The notes beneath the pieces are model-generated. The model was given only the letters and a program-made list of their open reading frames with translations. It ran no database searches and was not told where the DNA came from. Below are positions 1-8,911 of a stretch of 64,000 nucleotides of DNA, piece after piece; position 1 is the stretch's first letter, and each line of letters starts with the position of its first letter. The position numbers and the translations under genes are program-made. The DNA comes from an uncultured Clostridia bacterium. Its GTDB lineage: Bacteria; Bacillota; Clostridia; TANB77; CAG-508. The stretch covers positions 9,633 through 73,632 of the forward strand of contig CALXKD010000004.1 of the NCBI GenBank assembly GCA_944388795.1. The letters run 5' to 3'.

Positions 1-297
1 GGAATCTTAAGAGCAATAGGGGCATCTAAAAAAGATATTTCAAGAGTATTTAATGCAGAAACCTTTATCGTAGGATTAATTGCAGGTATATTAGGCATTG
101 GAATAACCATATTATTAAATATACCAATTACTAAAGCGATATATGCTGTAACAGGCGTTAGTGTTACTGTATCACTTCCAGTGGTGGGAGGAATCATTCT
201 TGTATTGATTAGTATGATATTAACCATTATTGCAGGTTTAATTCCAGCCAAAATGGCAAGTAAAAAGGATCCAGTAGAAGCATTAAGAACAGAATAA
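1..297 (+). CDS. FtsX/MacB-type ABC transporter permease, C-terminal fragment (5' end outside window)
   Basis: Frame 1 is open from base 1 to TAA at 295-297. The translation GILRAIGASKKDISRVFNAETFIVGLIAGILGIGI...LIPAKMASKKDPVEALRTE matches the conserved last TM helices and tail of FtsX-family permeases. Confidence 0.8.
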   Translation, partial: GILRAIGASKKDISRVFNAETFIVGLIAGILGIGITILLNIPITKAIYAVTGVSVTVSLPVVGGIILVLISMILTIIAGLIPAKMASKKDPVEALRTE

Positions 298-410
298 CAA
301 GCTTGAGGGATTTTGAGAACAAACTCAAAAATCCCTCAAATTCAGCTTTACTATTTCTACGAATTATGATAAAATTTTGTGGATTACGAAAAAGAAAGAA
401 GGAACAAAAT

Positions 411-1319
411 TTGAGTATTCGAGTATTAACAATTATAAATCCAACATCTGGAAAAGGAAATGTAATGGAATATGTAGAAGAAATAAAAAGAAATTTAGAA
501 GAACAAAATATGGAAGTAAATATACAACTTACTAAGAAAGAATATAATGCAAAAAATATTGTTATAGATTATATTGAAGTAACTGATTTGATATTGGTGT
601 GTGGTGGAGATGGAACTTTTAATGAAACAGTTTCTGCTTTAATGGAATTGAATGCAAAAGATGTAAGTATTGCATATATTCCAATGGGAACCACAAATGA
701 TTTAGCTAAAAGTCTAGATATGCCTATAAAAGACATTTCTATTACGAAAAGATTGTTAGAATCAAGAGCAAAGGTATTAGATGTAGGAAAATTTAATGGT
801 AATCGATATTTTTGTTATATTGCAGCTTTTGGTGTAATTACAGATGTGGCTTATAAAACATCACAAAAAGCAAAAAATAAGTATGGAAGATTAGCCTATT
901 ACATGAAAGCTATAAAGGAACTGATTCGAATTCCTACCTATAAAGTAAGAATACAATTTGATGAGGAGGAATTGGAGGGAGAATTTATCTATGGTGGTAT
1001 TAGCAATTCTGAATCAATAGCTGGATTTAAGTGGTTCAATAGAGAGGATATTGATTTATCAGATGGGAAATTTGAAGCAATTTTTATTAGAAAACCCAAA
1101 AAGCTTTCAGGATATTTTAGATTACTAAGTGATTTCAGACATAAAGATTATATGGTAAATCGAGATTTTGTTTATTTTAAAGCTAATAAAATTACGATTA
1201 CAACCAAGGAAAATATAGATTGGACAATTGATGGAGAATATGCTGGAAATATGAATGTTGTTAATATTGAAAATTGTCATAAAGCGATAGAGCTTGCTAT
1301 TTGTGAAAAAGGAAACTAG
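411..1319 (+). CDS. DagK/YegS-family lipid (diacylglycerol) kinase
   Basis: Lies in ORF 303-1319. Motifs INPTSGKG, VCGGDGTFNE and IPMGTTNDLA are typical of the DAGK catalytic domain. Start placed at in-frame TTG 411 behind AAGAAGGAA; ATG 366 is an alternative. Confidence 0.8.
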   Translation: MSIRVLTIINPTSGKGNVMEYVEEIKRNLEEQNMEVNIQLTKKEYNAKNIVIDYIEVTDLILVCGGDGTFNETVSALMELNAKDVSIAYIPMGTTNDLAKSLDMPIKDISITKRLLESRAKVLDVGKFNGNRYFCYIAAFGVITDVAYKTSQKAKNKYGRLAYYMKAIKELIRIPTYKVRIQFDEEELEGEFIYGGISNSESIAGFKWFNREDIDLSDGKFEAIFIRKPKKLSGYFRLLSDFRHKDYMVNRDFVYFKANKITITTKENIDWTIDGEYAGNMNVVNIENCHKAIELAICEKGN

Positions 1320-1484
1320 AAGATAAATGCATCTTTTGTTCAGGCATAGTTAATAAAAAATATTGTACTTCCAATATGCAATTTTGGAAAGGGAAATATG
1401 CTATCATAAAAAAGCAATTGTAAAATGTGGTTTGACAAAGAAGAAAATAATTTATGGGCATGTGATTTGAATTTTAAAATCAAT

Positions 1485-1526
1485 AAAAGTAACTGATTAA
1501 ATCGGATTGATTAGTTACTTTTTATT
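1485..1526 (+). terminator. Hairpin plus T-run after the lipid kinase gene
   Basis: aaagtaactgatt...gattagttactttttatt: imperfect inverted repeat followed by a T-run. Confidence 0.5.
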
Positions 1527-1609
1527 ATTGGATTTTATTAAAATTTACTTGAATATAAAAAGATATTGAGATATACTTTAAGGGAATAAAGTATTAAAGG
1601 GGAAAATAT

Positions 1610-2266
1610 ATGGAAAAAAACGAAAAGTGTGAAAAAACAAATTGGATATATATATTATCAATTATATATGTTATTGTTGCCTATACATTTATATTTATAA
1701 GTGGGTATATTAATCAACTAGATTTACCAGAAAATCTAGTTTCAGCCAAGAATGCATTTGCATTATTCTTTCTATTTCTACCTATCATTTTATGTGTGAT
1801 TAATTATATTATCATGTTTACAATTGGTAAAAAAGTAAATCAAAAAACATTATTAAATTGTACTGTATTAGTAAAATATGGTTTAATACCATTTTATATT
1901 TTAGGGACTGTCTTGATTTTAGCATGTTTACTTTTTTCTTTTATACCAGTACCATTTATGATATTTGTCGGTCCATATATGGCTATCATTTTAAGTGTGA
2001 TTGGTTGGTTAATTTTGATTGGCTCAGTACCATTTTCTATTGCCTATATAATAAAATCTTATAAAGAGGGAATACATGGAAAGGCACTATCAATTATAAC
2101 GGGTATTTTACAATTCTCTTTTGTTTTTGATGTTATTTCTATTATGATTTTAGCTTTAAAAGAAAAGCGATGGAAAAAACTAACATTTACGATTTTAGCA
2201 TTGTTACTTACTTTATTTTTAGTGTGTACAATAGGATTTTTTATACTAATTTTTGCTATATTTTAA
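1610..2266 (+). CDS. Polytopic membrane protein, unknown function
   Basis: 218-aa ORF behind AAAGGGGAAAA. About 6 hydrophobic segments; no motif I recognise. Confidence 0.55.
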   Translation: MEKNEKCEKTNWIYILSIIYVIVAYTFIFISGYINQLDLPENLVSAKNAFALFFLFLPIILCVINYIIMFTIGKKVNQKTLLNCTVLVKYGLIPFYILGTVLILACLLFSFIPVPFMIFVGPYMAIILSVIGWLILIGSVPFSIAYIIKSYKEGIHGKALSIITGILQFSFVFDVISIMILALKEKRWKKLTFTILALLLTLFLVCTIGFFILIFAIF

Positions 2267-2432
2267 AAATTAAATCATAAATATAGAATATATATATGGG
2301 CATGTATCAACGAAATTGGTAGAGGATGAATAATTAAGAAAAGTGAATTGAAAAATAAATTCGAAAGTGATATAATCACTCTGTTTCAAAAAAAGTAGGT
2401 ATCCGATATTAATTTTTAAGGAGGGTAAACAA

Positions 2433-2744
2433 ATGAGTGGTTATGGAGGCAAAATGATGGCACGGCTGATTCGCAGAGATCAGAAATGCGAGCTAAAGAT
2501 GAAAATGATGCAAGAATATGAAGTGCTACAAAAGGTTATGCAGACAGGAGAAGTGTATTTTAAGTTACATAAAGACCATTCTTGGGAATACGAAGAGAAA
2601 GCCACAGGGTTTAAAATCCAGTATGATCCAAAGATAGGAATTATTATGGAGGATACTGGTGGGAATTCACAAGGATGGAGCAAAAAGGTAGAAGCACTTC
2701 ATAAAGTGGCAGAAAGATTATCAGAATGTAAGGAATTTGATTAA
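2433..2744 (+). CDS. Hypothetical small soluble protein (103 aa)
   Basis: Strong RBS AAGGAGGG 7 nt upstream of the ATG. A hairpin terminator follows directly. Promoter-like TTGAAA-N17-TATAAT with an extended TG lies upstream (~2349-2379). No family recognised. Confidence 0.6.
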   Translation: MSGYGGKMMARLIRRDQKCELKMKMMQEYEVLQKVMQTGEVYFKLHKDHSWEYEEKATGFKIQYDPKIGIIMEDTGGNSQGWSKKVEALHKVAERLSECKEFD

Positions 2745-2758
2745 AAACCACTATAACG

Positions 2759-2798
2759 CAAAACGAGCTAGATAACATAGGATATCTGGCTCGTTTTG
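2759..2798 (+). terminator. Rho-independent terminator
   Basis: aaacgagctagat / atctggctcgtttt: 13-bp stem with one G:U pair, followed by a T-run. Confidence 0.75.
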
Positions 2799-2804
2799 AT
2801 ACCA

Positions 2805-2833
2805 TTGACAAAACAATAAAAAAATGTGATAAT
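2805..2833 (+). promoter_or_regulatory. SigmaA-type promoter of metK
   Basis: TTGACA (2805-2810), 17-nt spacer, extended -10 TGTGATAAT (-10 at 2828-2833). Confidence 0.7.
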
Positions 2834-2878
2834 ATTGCAATATAAAAGAGAAAAATAAAAAGAAAAGAGGAAACAAAA

Positions 2879-3988
2879 ATGAATACATATTATTTCACAT
2901 CAGAAAGTGTCACAGAAGGACATCCAGATAAATTATGTGATACTATTTCAGATTGTATATTAGATGAATACTTAAAACAAGATGAAAATGCAAGAGTAGC
3001 AGTGGAAACGTTTGCTTCAGGTAATAAAATTACGATTGCAGGACAAGTAACTGCTAAAGGAGAAGTAGATATTGAAAAATTGGTAAGAGAAAAAATAAAA
3101 GAAATCGGATATGATAATGCAAGTATAGATATGGACTATAAAACTTGTGATATTGACATCAATATTACTAAACAAAGTCCAGATATTGCATTAGGTGTAG
3201 ATATTGGGGGAGCTGGAGATCAGGGAATTATGTTTGGATATGCCTGTGATGAAACATCAGAATACATGCCATATGCGATTTCTATGGCGCATAAATTAGC
3301 TAAAAGATTGACAGAAGTAAGAAAAAATAAAGAGATAGAATATTTAAGACCAGATGGAAAAACACAAGTGACGGTTGAATATGAAAATGATAGACCTAAA
3401 AGAATTGAAACTATATTGGTTTCTACACAACATAATGAAGAAATTAGTCAAGAAAAATTAAAGAAAGATGTTATTGAAAAGGTTATTAAACCAGTCATTC
3501 CAGAGCATATGATAGACGAAAATACTAAAATATATATTAATCCAACTGGAAAATTTGTGATTGGTGGACCTTTAGGAGATACAGGGCTTACTGGTAGAAA
3601 AATTATTGTAGATACTTATGGAGGATATGCAAGACATGGTGGAGGTGCCTTTTCAGGAAAAGATGCAAGTAAAGTGGATAGATCAGCAGCATATATGTTA
3701 AGACATATTGCTAAAAATATTGTAGCAAACGGATATGCAAAAAGATGTGAAATACAAATTTCTTATGCAATTGGAATGAAAGAACCATTATCAATACATG
3801 TCAACACATTTGGAACAGCTACAATATCAGAAGAAGCGTTAATTACAAAAATTAAAGAAAAGTTTGATTTAACACCAGATGGTATTATAAAATATTTAGA
3901 TCTAAAAAAACCAATGTATTCACTAACAACCAATTATGGTCATTTTGGAAAAGAAAATTTAACTTGGGAAAAAGTAATAAAATTTTAG
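2879..3988 (+). CDS. metK: S-adenosylmethionine synthetase
   Basis: [56 protein letters not shown] and GGGAFSGKD are hallmark MetK motifs. Confidence 0.97.
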   Translation: MNTYYFTSESVTEGHPDKLCDTISDCILDEYLKQDENARVAVETFASGNKITIAGQVTAKGEVDIEKLVREKIKEIGYDNASIDMDYKTCDIDINITKQSPDIALGVDIGGAGDQGIMFGYACDETSEYMPYAISMAHKLAKRLTEVRKNKEIEYLRPDGKTQVTVEYENDRPKRIETILVSTQHNEEISQEKLKKDVIEKVIKPVIPEHMIDENTKIYINPTGKFVIGGPLGDTGLTGRKIIVDTYGGYARHGGGAFSGKDASKVDRSAAYMLRHIAKNIVANGYAKRCEIQISYAIGMKEPLSIHVNTFGTATISEEALITKIKEKFDLTPDGIIKYLDLKKPMYSLTTNYGHFGKENLTWEKVIKF

Positions 3989-4006
3989 TTAGAAAATGAG
4001 AAAGAA

Positions 4007-5053
4007 GTGGAAATACAAATGCTAAAACGAATTGTAGAAAAAAATTATAAATGGATTATCGCTTTTCTTTGTCTAATTATTGTCTTAATGATGTTAGAGG
4101 ATATTTTTGAAAATGAACAAGTAACATTAGATATGGTTGTATATAGACTCGTTATTTTAAATCTAAGGTCAGAACCACTAACTATTATTATGAAGGTAAT
4201 AACAAATCTATCTTCTGCATATGTATTAATAGCAATAGCAATAGGAACATTACTGTTTATAAAAAATAAAAAAGTAGGTGTATGTGTTACTAGTAATTTA
4301 GTTATTGCAACTTTACTAAATCAATTATTAAAATATATTATACAAAGACCAAGACCAGAAGGATATCGATTGATCGCAGAAAGTGGATATAGTTTTCCCT
4401 CAGGGCATTCTATGGTCAGTATGGCATTTTATGGATTCATTATCTATTTAATATGGAAGATGGTTAAAAATAAAAGAATAAAATATGTAGCTTGTGGAAT
4501 TCTAGGATTTTTAATACCAATGATTGGATTTAGTCGAATTTACTTAGGTGTACATTATGCAAGTGACGTCATTGGTGGGTTTGCAATATCTATTGTATAT
4601 TTATTACTATTTACAAATATGACAAGGTCTATATTACAATTAGAAAAGGAAAAGAAGAATATTATGAAGAATAAAAGAAAAATGGTGGAATTAAGAAGAA
4701 AAAGAAAAAAACTAAGAAATAGTTTTAAATATGCCTTTCAAGGAATTGAAGAAGCATGGAAAACAGAGCAGAATCTAAAAATACATTTTATGATTATGGC
4801 ATTGGTAATTATTGCGGGATTCATTTTTAAAATATCACTAATAGAATGGATGGTATGTTTATTATTATTTGCAATTGTGATTTCGTTAGAATTAATTAAT
4901 ACAGCTATTGAAACAACCGTAGATATTGCTATGCCAGAGATTAATGAAAAGGCAAAATATGCAAAAGATATTGCAGCAGGTGCTGTACTATTTTCTGCAA
5001 TGATTTCTATAATTATTGGACTCATTATATTTTTGCCTAAAATATTTGGATAA
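4007..5053 (+). CDS. Fusion protein: PAP2-family lipid phosphate phosphatase (N) + DgkA-type undecaprenol/diacylglycerol kinase (C)
   Basis: N-terminal half has the three PAP2 motifs KYIIQRPRP, FPSGHS and SRIYLGVHYASD. A basic linker KKNIMKNKRKMVELRRKRKKLRN follows. C-terminal half has FKYAFQGIEEAWKTEQNLKIH...ELINTAIETTVD, typical of the DgkA (DAGK_prokar) family. The start could be ATG 4019 instead of GTG 4007. Confidence 0.85.
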   Translation: MEIQMLKRIVEKNYKWIIAFLCLIIVLMMLEDIFENEQVTLDMVVYRLVILNLRSEPLTIIMKVITNLSSAYVLIAIAIGTLLFIKNKKVGVCVTSNLVIATLLNQLLKYIIQRPRPEGYRLIAESGYSFPSGHSMVSMAFYGFIIYLIWKMVKNKRIKYVACGILGFLIPMIGFSRIYLGVHYASDVIGGFAISIVYLLLFTNMTRSILQLEKEKKNIMKNKRKMVELRRKRKKLRNSFKYAFQGIEEAWKTEQNLKIHFMIMALVIIAGFIFKISLIEWMVCLLLFAIVISLELINTAIETTVDIAMPEINEKAKYAKDIAAGAVLFSAMISIIIGLIIFLPKIFG

Positions 5054-5060
5054 ATAGGAT

Positions 5061-5099
5061 AAAAGCACAAAGTTTTTTTAGAAAAGACTTGTGCTTTTC
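5061..5099 (+). terminator. Rho-independent terminator
   Basis: aaaagcacaaagt...acttgtgcttttct: stem with one bulge and a T-rich tail. Confidence 0.7.
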
Positions 5100-5142
5100 T
5101 TTGTTTATATTATATAATGGTTGAGTAAAGGAGGCAATCAAA

Positions 5143-6135
5143 ATGGCGTTTATAGAAGAAATAAAACAAAGAGCAAAACAACAAATCAAAACAATTATCC
5201 TTCCAGAAGCAGAAGATATTAGAGTATTAAAAGCAACTGAAAAGGTAATGAAGGAAAAATACGCAAATATTATTTTAATAGGAAATGAAGAAAATATTTT
5301 AGAAAAGGCAAAAACAAATGCGGTAAATATTGAAGGTGCCAAAATTGTAGATCCACAAAAGTCAGAAGATTATGAAAAATACACAAATCTTTTGTATGAA
5401 TTAAGAAAACACAAAGGAATGACAATAGAAAAAGCAAAAGAATTGGTTTTAGATCCAGTATATTATGGAATGTTAATGGTAAAAGATAATAAAGCTGATG
5501 GATTAGTTTCAGGAGCAGCACATTCTACATCAGATACATTAAGACCAGCTTTACAAATTTTAAAAACAGCACCAGATACCAAATTAGTTTCTGCCTTTTT
5601 TGTTATGGTTGTACCTGATTGTGAATATGGTGAAAATGGTGTATTTATATTTGGAGATAGTGGCCTAAATGAAAATCCTAATCCAGAGCAATTATCAGAA
5701 ATTGCCATTTCATCTAGTAAAAGCTTTAAACAACTAGTAGGAAAAGAAGCAAAAGTAGCAATGCTTTCATATTCTACTTATGGAAGTGCACACTCAGAGT
5801 TAACTGAAAAGGTAATTGAAGCAACAAAATTAGTAAAAGAAAAACAAAAAGACTTACTAGTAGATGGAGAATTGCAATTAGATGCAGCGATTGTTCCAGA
5901 AATTGCAAAATCAAAAGCACCAAATAGCCCATTAAAAGGAGAAGCAAATGTATTAATTTTCCCAGATTTAGACGCAGGAAATATTGGATACAAATTGGTA
6001 CAAAGATTAGCAAAAGCAGAAGCATATGGACCATTATGCCAAGGAATTGCAAAACCAGTAAATGATTTATCAAGAGGATGTAATAGTGATGATATAGCAG
6101 GAGTTGTTGCTATAACAGCAGTGCAAGCACAGTAA
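5143..6135 (+). CDS. pta: Phosphate acetyltransferase
   Basis: 330 aa. ILPEAEDIRVLKA, GLVSGAAHSTSDTLRPALQI, FPDLDAGNIGYKLVQR and VNDLSRGC are the PTA_PTB family signature. Sits directly upstream of acetate kinase. Confidence 0.93.
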   Translation: MAFIEEIKQRAKQQIKTIILPEAEDIRVLKATEKVMKEKYANIILIGNEENILEKAKTNAVNIEGAKIVDPQKSEDYEKYTNLLYELRKHKGMTIEKAKELVLDPVYYGMLMVKDNKADGLVSGAAHSTSDTLRPALQILKTAPDTKLVSAFFVMVVPDCEYGENGVFIFGDSGLNENPNPEQLSEIAISSSKSFKQLVGKEAKVAMLSYSTYGSAHSELTEKVIEATKLVKEKQKDLLVDGELQLDAAIVPEIAKSKAPNSPLKGEANVLIFPDLDAGNIGYKLVQRLAKAEAYGPLCQGIAKPVNDLSRGCNSDDIAGVVAITAVQAQ

Positions 6136-6158
6136 ATTTTAATAAGTAAGGAGTATTT

Positions 6159-7352
6159 ATGAAAATATTAGTGTTAAATTCAGGAAGTTCGTCATTAAAA
6201 TATCAAGTGATTGATATGGAAACAGAAACTGTTTTAGCAAAAGGATATTTTGAAAGAATTGGTCAGTCAGATTCATTTTTGACACATAAAGTAAAAGGAG
6301 AGGTACATAAATTTGAGCATTATGCCAAAAACCATGATAAAGCAATTTCATTTGTATTAAGTAGACTTACGAATCCACATTATGGCGTTATCAAAAATTT
6401 AGAAGAATTAGGTGGTATCGGACATAGAGTAGTTCATGGTGGAGAAAAATTTGCCAATCCAGTAGTGATAACAGATGAAGTGATAAAAGGAATAGAGGAG
6501 TGTGTGGATTTAGCACCATTACATAATCCGGCAGCAATCTTGGGAATAAAGGCTTGTAAGAAATTGGCACCAAATATCAAAATGGTAGCTGTATTTGACA
6601 CAGCCTTTCATCAAACATTGGAAAAGAAAAGATATATTTATCCAATACCATATGAATATTATGAGAAATATGGCGTTAGAAAATATGGATTCCATGGAAC
6701 TTCTCATCAATTTGTTGCCAATAGAGTAGCAGAATTGGTAGGAAAAGATATCGAAGAATTAAAGATTATTAATTGCCATTTGGGGCAAGGTGCAAGTGTG
6801 TGTGCTATTCAATATGGAAAATCAGTAGAAACCAGTATGGGATTAACACCACTTGGAGGAATCTCTATGGGAACCAGAAGTGGGGATTTAGATCCATCAG
6901 TAGTTACTTATATTATGAAAAAAGAAAATTTAAAGCCAGATGAAATGGAAAAGATATTAAATAAGCAATCAGGTGCTTATGGAATATCAGGGGTATCTGT
7001 TGATTTTAGAGATATAGAGGCAGAGGCAGCAGCTGAGGATGCAAGGTCAATATTAGCACTTGACAATTTTCATTATTTGGCAGCTAGCTATGTTGCCAAA
7101 TGTGCAGTAGCTATGAATGGATTTGATATATTAACCTTTACAGCAGGGGTAGGAGAAAAAGGGCAAGATTCAAGAGAGGCCATTTGTGATTATCTAGAAG
7201 TGCTTGGTGTTAAAATTGACAAAGAATATAATCAAAAGGTAAAAGGAATTGAGGCTGAAATTACAGCAAAAGATGCAAAGATTAGAACCTTTGTGATTCC
7301 AACAAATGAAGAGCTTATGATAGCAAGAGAAACTGTAAATGCAAAGGCATAA
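6159..7352 (+). CDS. ackA: Acetate kinase (copy 1)
   Basis: LVLNSGSSSLKYQ, GHRVVHGGEKF, FDTAFHQT, YGFHGTSH, CHLGQGASV, GTRSGDLDPS and IPTNEELMIA. Confidence 0.93.
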   Translation: MKILVLNSGSSSLKYQVIDMETETVLAKGYFERIGQSDSFLTHKVKGEVHKFEHYAKNHDKAISFVLSRLTNPHYGVIKNLEELGGIGHRVVHGGEKFANPVVITDEVIKGIEECVDLAPLHNPAAILGIKACKKLAPNIKMVAVFDTAFHQTLEKKRYIYPIPYEYYEKYGVRKYGFHGTSHQFVANRVAELVGKDIEELKIINCHLGQGASVCAIQYGKSVETSMGLTPLGGISMGTRSGDLDPSVVTYIMKKENLKPDEMEKILNKQSGAYGISGVSVDFRDIEAEAAAEDARSILALDNFHYLAASYVAKCAVAMNGFDILTFTAGVGEKGQDSREAICDYLEVLGVKIDKEYNQKVKGIEAEITAKDAKIRTFVIPTNEELMIARETVNAKA

Positions 7353-7381
7353 AATATAATAAAAATTTAAGGAGGAAAAAA

Positions 7382-8572
7382 ATGAAAGTTTTAGTTTTAA
7401 ATTGTGGTAGTTCATCACTAAAATATCAATTAATTAATATGGAAACAGAAGAAGTATTGGCTTCTGGAAAATATGAAAGAATTGGAGAAGAAGAAGCATT
7501 TATTACCCATAAAGTAAATGGACAAAAAATTGAAATTAAAAAACCAGCATATAATCATAAAGAAGCGATTGAATTTACATTAGAACAATTTACAAATCCA
7601 GAATATAAAGTCATTGATTCTTTAGATGAAATTAGTGCTGTAGGACATAGAGTGGTTCATGGTGGAGAAAAAATAACAGAATCTGTCGTTATCACAGATG
7701 AAGTTATCAAAACAATAGAAGAATGTACAGATTTAGCACCATTACATAATCCAGCATGTATGTTAGGAATTGAAGCATGCAGAGAAGTTATGCCAAATAA
7801 ACCAATGGTATGTGTATTTGATACAGCATTCCATTCATCAATTCCAAAGGATAAATTTATATATCCAATTCCTTATGAGTATTATGAGAAATATGGTGTT
7901 AGAAAATATGGATTCCATGGTACTTCTCATATGTATGTATCTCAAAGACTTGGTGAGATAGAAAACAAATCTCTTGAAGGAACTAAAATTGTTACTTGTC
8001 ATTTAGGTCAAGGTGCTAGTATATGTGCTGTAAAAGATGGTAAATCAATGGATACGAGTATGGGATTAACACCACTTGCAGGATTACCTATGGTAACAAG
8101 AAGTGGGGATTTAGATCCATCAGTAGTTACTTTTATCATGAAAAAAGAAAATTTAGATGCGCAAACAATGGAAGATATCTTAAATAAAAAATCAGGATTA
8201 GCAAGTATATCAGGTATGGCACCAGATTTTAGAGTCATAGAAGATGAATCAAACAAAGGAACAGAAAGAGCAAAAATTGCGATTGAACAATTTAACTATT
8301 CTATTGCAAGTTTTATTGCAAAATATGCTGTTGCTATGAAAGGTATTGATTATATCATCTTTACAGGTGGTATTGGTGAAAATCAAATCAATATCAGAAA
8401 AGGTATATGTGAAAAGCTAGAATTTATGGGTGTAAAATTAGACTTAGATGCAAACAACATGAGAGGAGAAGAAAAAGTCATTTCAACACCTGATTCAAAA
8501 GTAAAGGTATATGTCATACCTACAAACGAAGAATTAATGATAGCAAAAGAAACCAAAAGACTTGTTAAATAA
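7382..8572 (+). CDS. Acetate/short-chain acyl kinase paralog (copy 2, tandem)
   Basis: Same motif set as copy 1 (LVLNCGSSSLKYQ, GHRVVHGGEK, FDTAFHSS, YGFHGTSH, CHLGQGASI, TRSGDLDPS, IPTNEELMIA). Roughly 60% identical to copy 1 by eye. Own RBS GGAGGA. Confidence 0.88.
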   Translation: MKVLVLNCGSSSLKYQLINMETEEVLASGKYERIGEEEAFITHKVNGQKIEIKKPAYNHKEAIEFTLEQFTNPEYKVIDSLDEISAVGHRVVHGGEKITESVVITDEVIKTIEECTDLAPLHNPACMLGIEACREVMPNKPMVCVFDTAFHSSIPKDKFIYPIPYEYYEKYGVRKYGFHGTSHMYVSQRLGEIENKSLEGTKIVTCHLGQGASICAVKDGKSMDTSMGLTPLAGLPMVTRSGDLDPSVVTFIMKKENLDAQTMEDILNKKSGLASISGMAPDFRVIEDESNKGTERAKIAIEQFNYSIASFIAKYAVAMKGIDYIIFTGGIGENQINIRKGICEKLEFMGVKLDLDANNMRGEEKVISTPDSKVKVYVIPTNEELMIAKETKRLVK

Positions 8573-8654
8573 TTTAAATTCATATATAATAAGGTTGATA
8601 ATTTGAAAGAATGGAAACAATATATGAAAAATATATTGTAGAAAGGAAGAAATT

Positions 8655-8816
8655 ATGAGATTTGAGTTTGATGATTTTAATTTTAAAGACCAAATTGAAT
8701 TCATGAACCTTAATAAGCAAATGCAACAAAACCAAGTAGAAAACAACCCCAATATAGGGTTTAACAATGATGCATTATATGATTGTATTGAAAAGAAGGA
8801 TAATAAAATCATTTAA
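8655..8816 (+). CDS. Candidate small ORF (53 aa), function unknown
   Basis: ATG 8655 behind GAAAGGAAG; stop TAA 8814-8816. Translation: MRFEFDDFNFKDQIEFMNLNKQMQQNQVENNPNIGFNNDALYDCIEKKDNKII. Below the ORF-track length cutoff, no homology recognised, and could be non-coding. Confidence 0.25.
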   Translation: MRFEFDDFNFKDQIEFMNLNKQMQQNQVENNPNIGFNNDALYDCIEKKDNKII

Positions 8817-8820
8817 ATAT

Positions 8821-8850
8821 TTTGGGACATTTGTGCAAAAATGTCCCAAA
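8821..8850. promoter_or_regulatory. Perfect 12-bp stem hairpin between the small ORF and the ABC exporter genes
   Basis: tttgggacattt gtgcaa aaatgtcccaaa. No T-run on the + strand, so it is not a classical terminator. Confidence 0.4.
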
Positions 8851-8911
8851 AAGAAACGTCCCTAATTGGACAAAAGACAAACAGAAAATATACAGAGGAT
8901 GATTTTGAGTT

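Noticed and set aside
303-410. N-terminal extensions suggested by the ORF track. Other affected ORF starts are 12676, 15349, 22768, 37317, 39670, 41690, 46489, 48496 (minus strand) and 55374.
   Set aside because: In each case the extension reads through the Shine-Dalgarno sequence, or the stop of the upstream gene. A downstream ATG/TTG with proper RBS spacing gives a protein that begins where homologs or signal peptides begin.
1858-2064. Same-strand alternative-frame ORFs. Others lie at 7770-7961, 25230-25460, 26435-26635, 29268-29567 and 32489-32758.
   Set aside because: They are embedded out of frame in longer, motif-supported genes, with no RBS and no recognisable product.
2745-2878. Possible SAM (S-box) riboswitch upstream of metK
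   Set aside because: The promoter -10 ends at 2833, only ~45 nt before the ATG. That is too short for an S-box, and no conserved S-box helices or terminator/antiterminator pair are visible.
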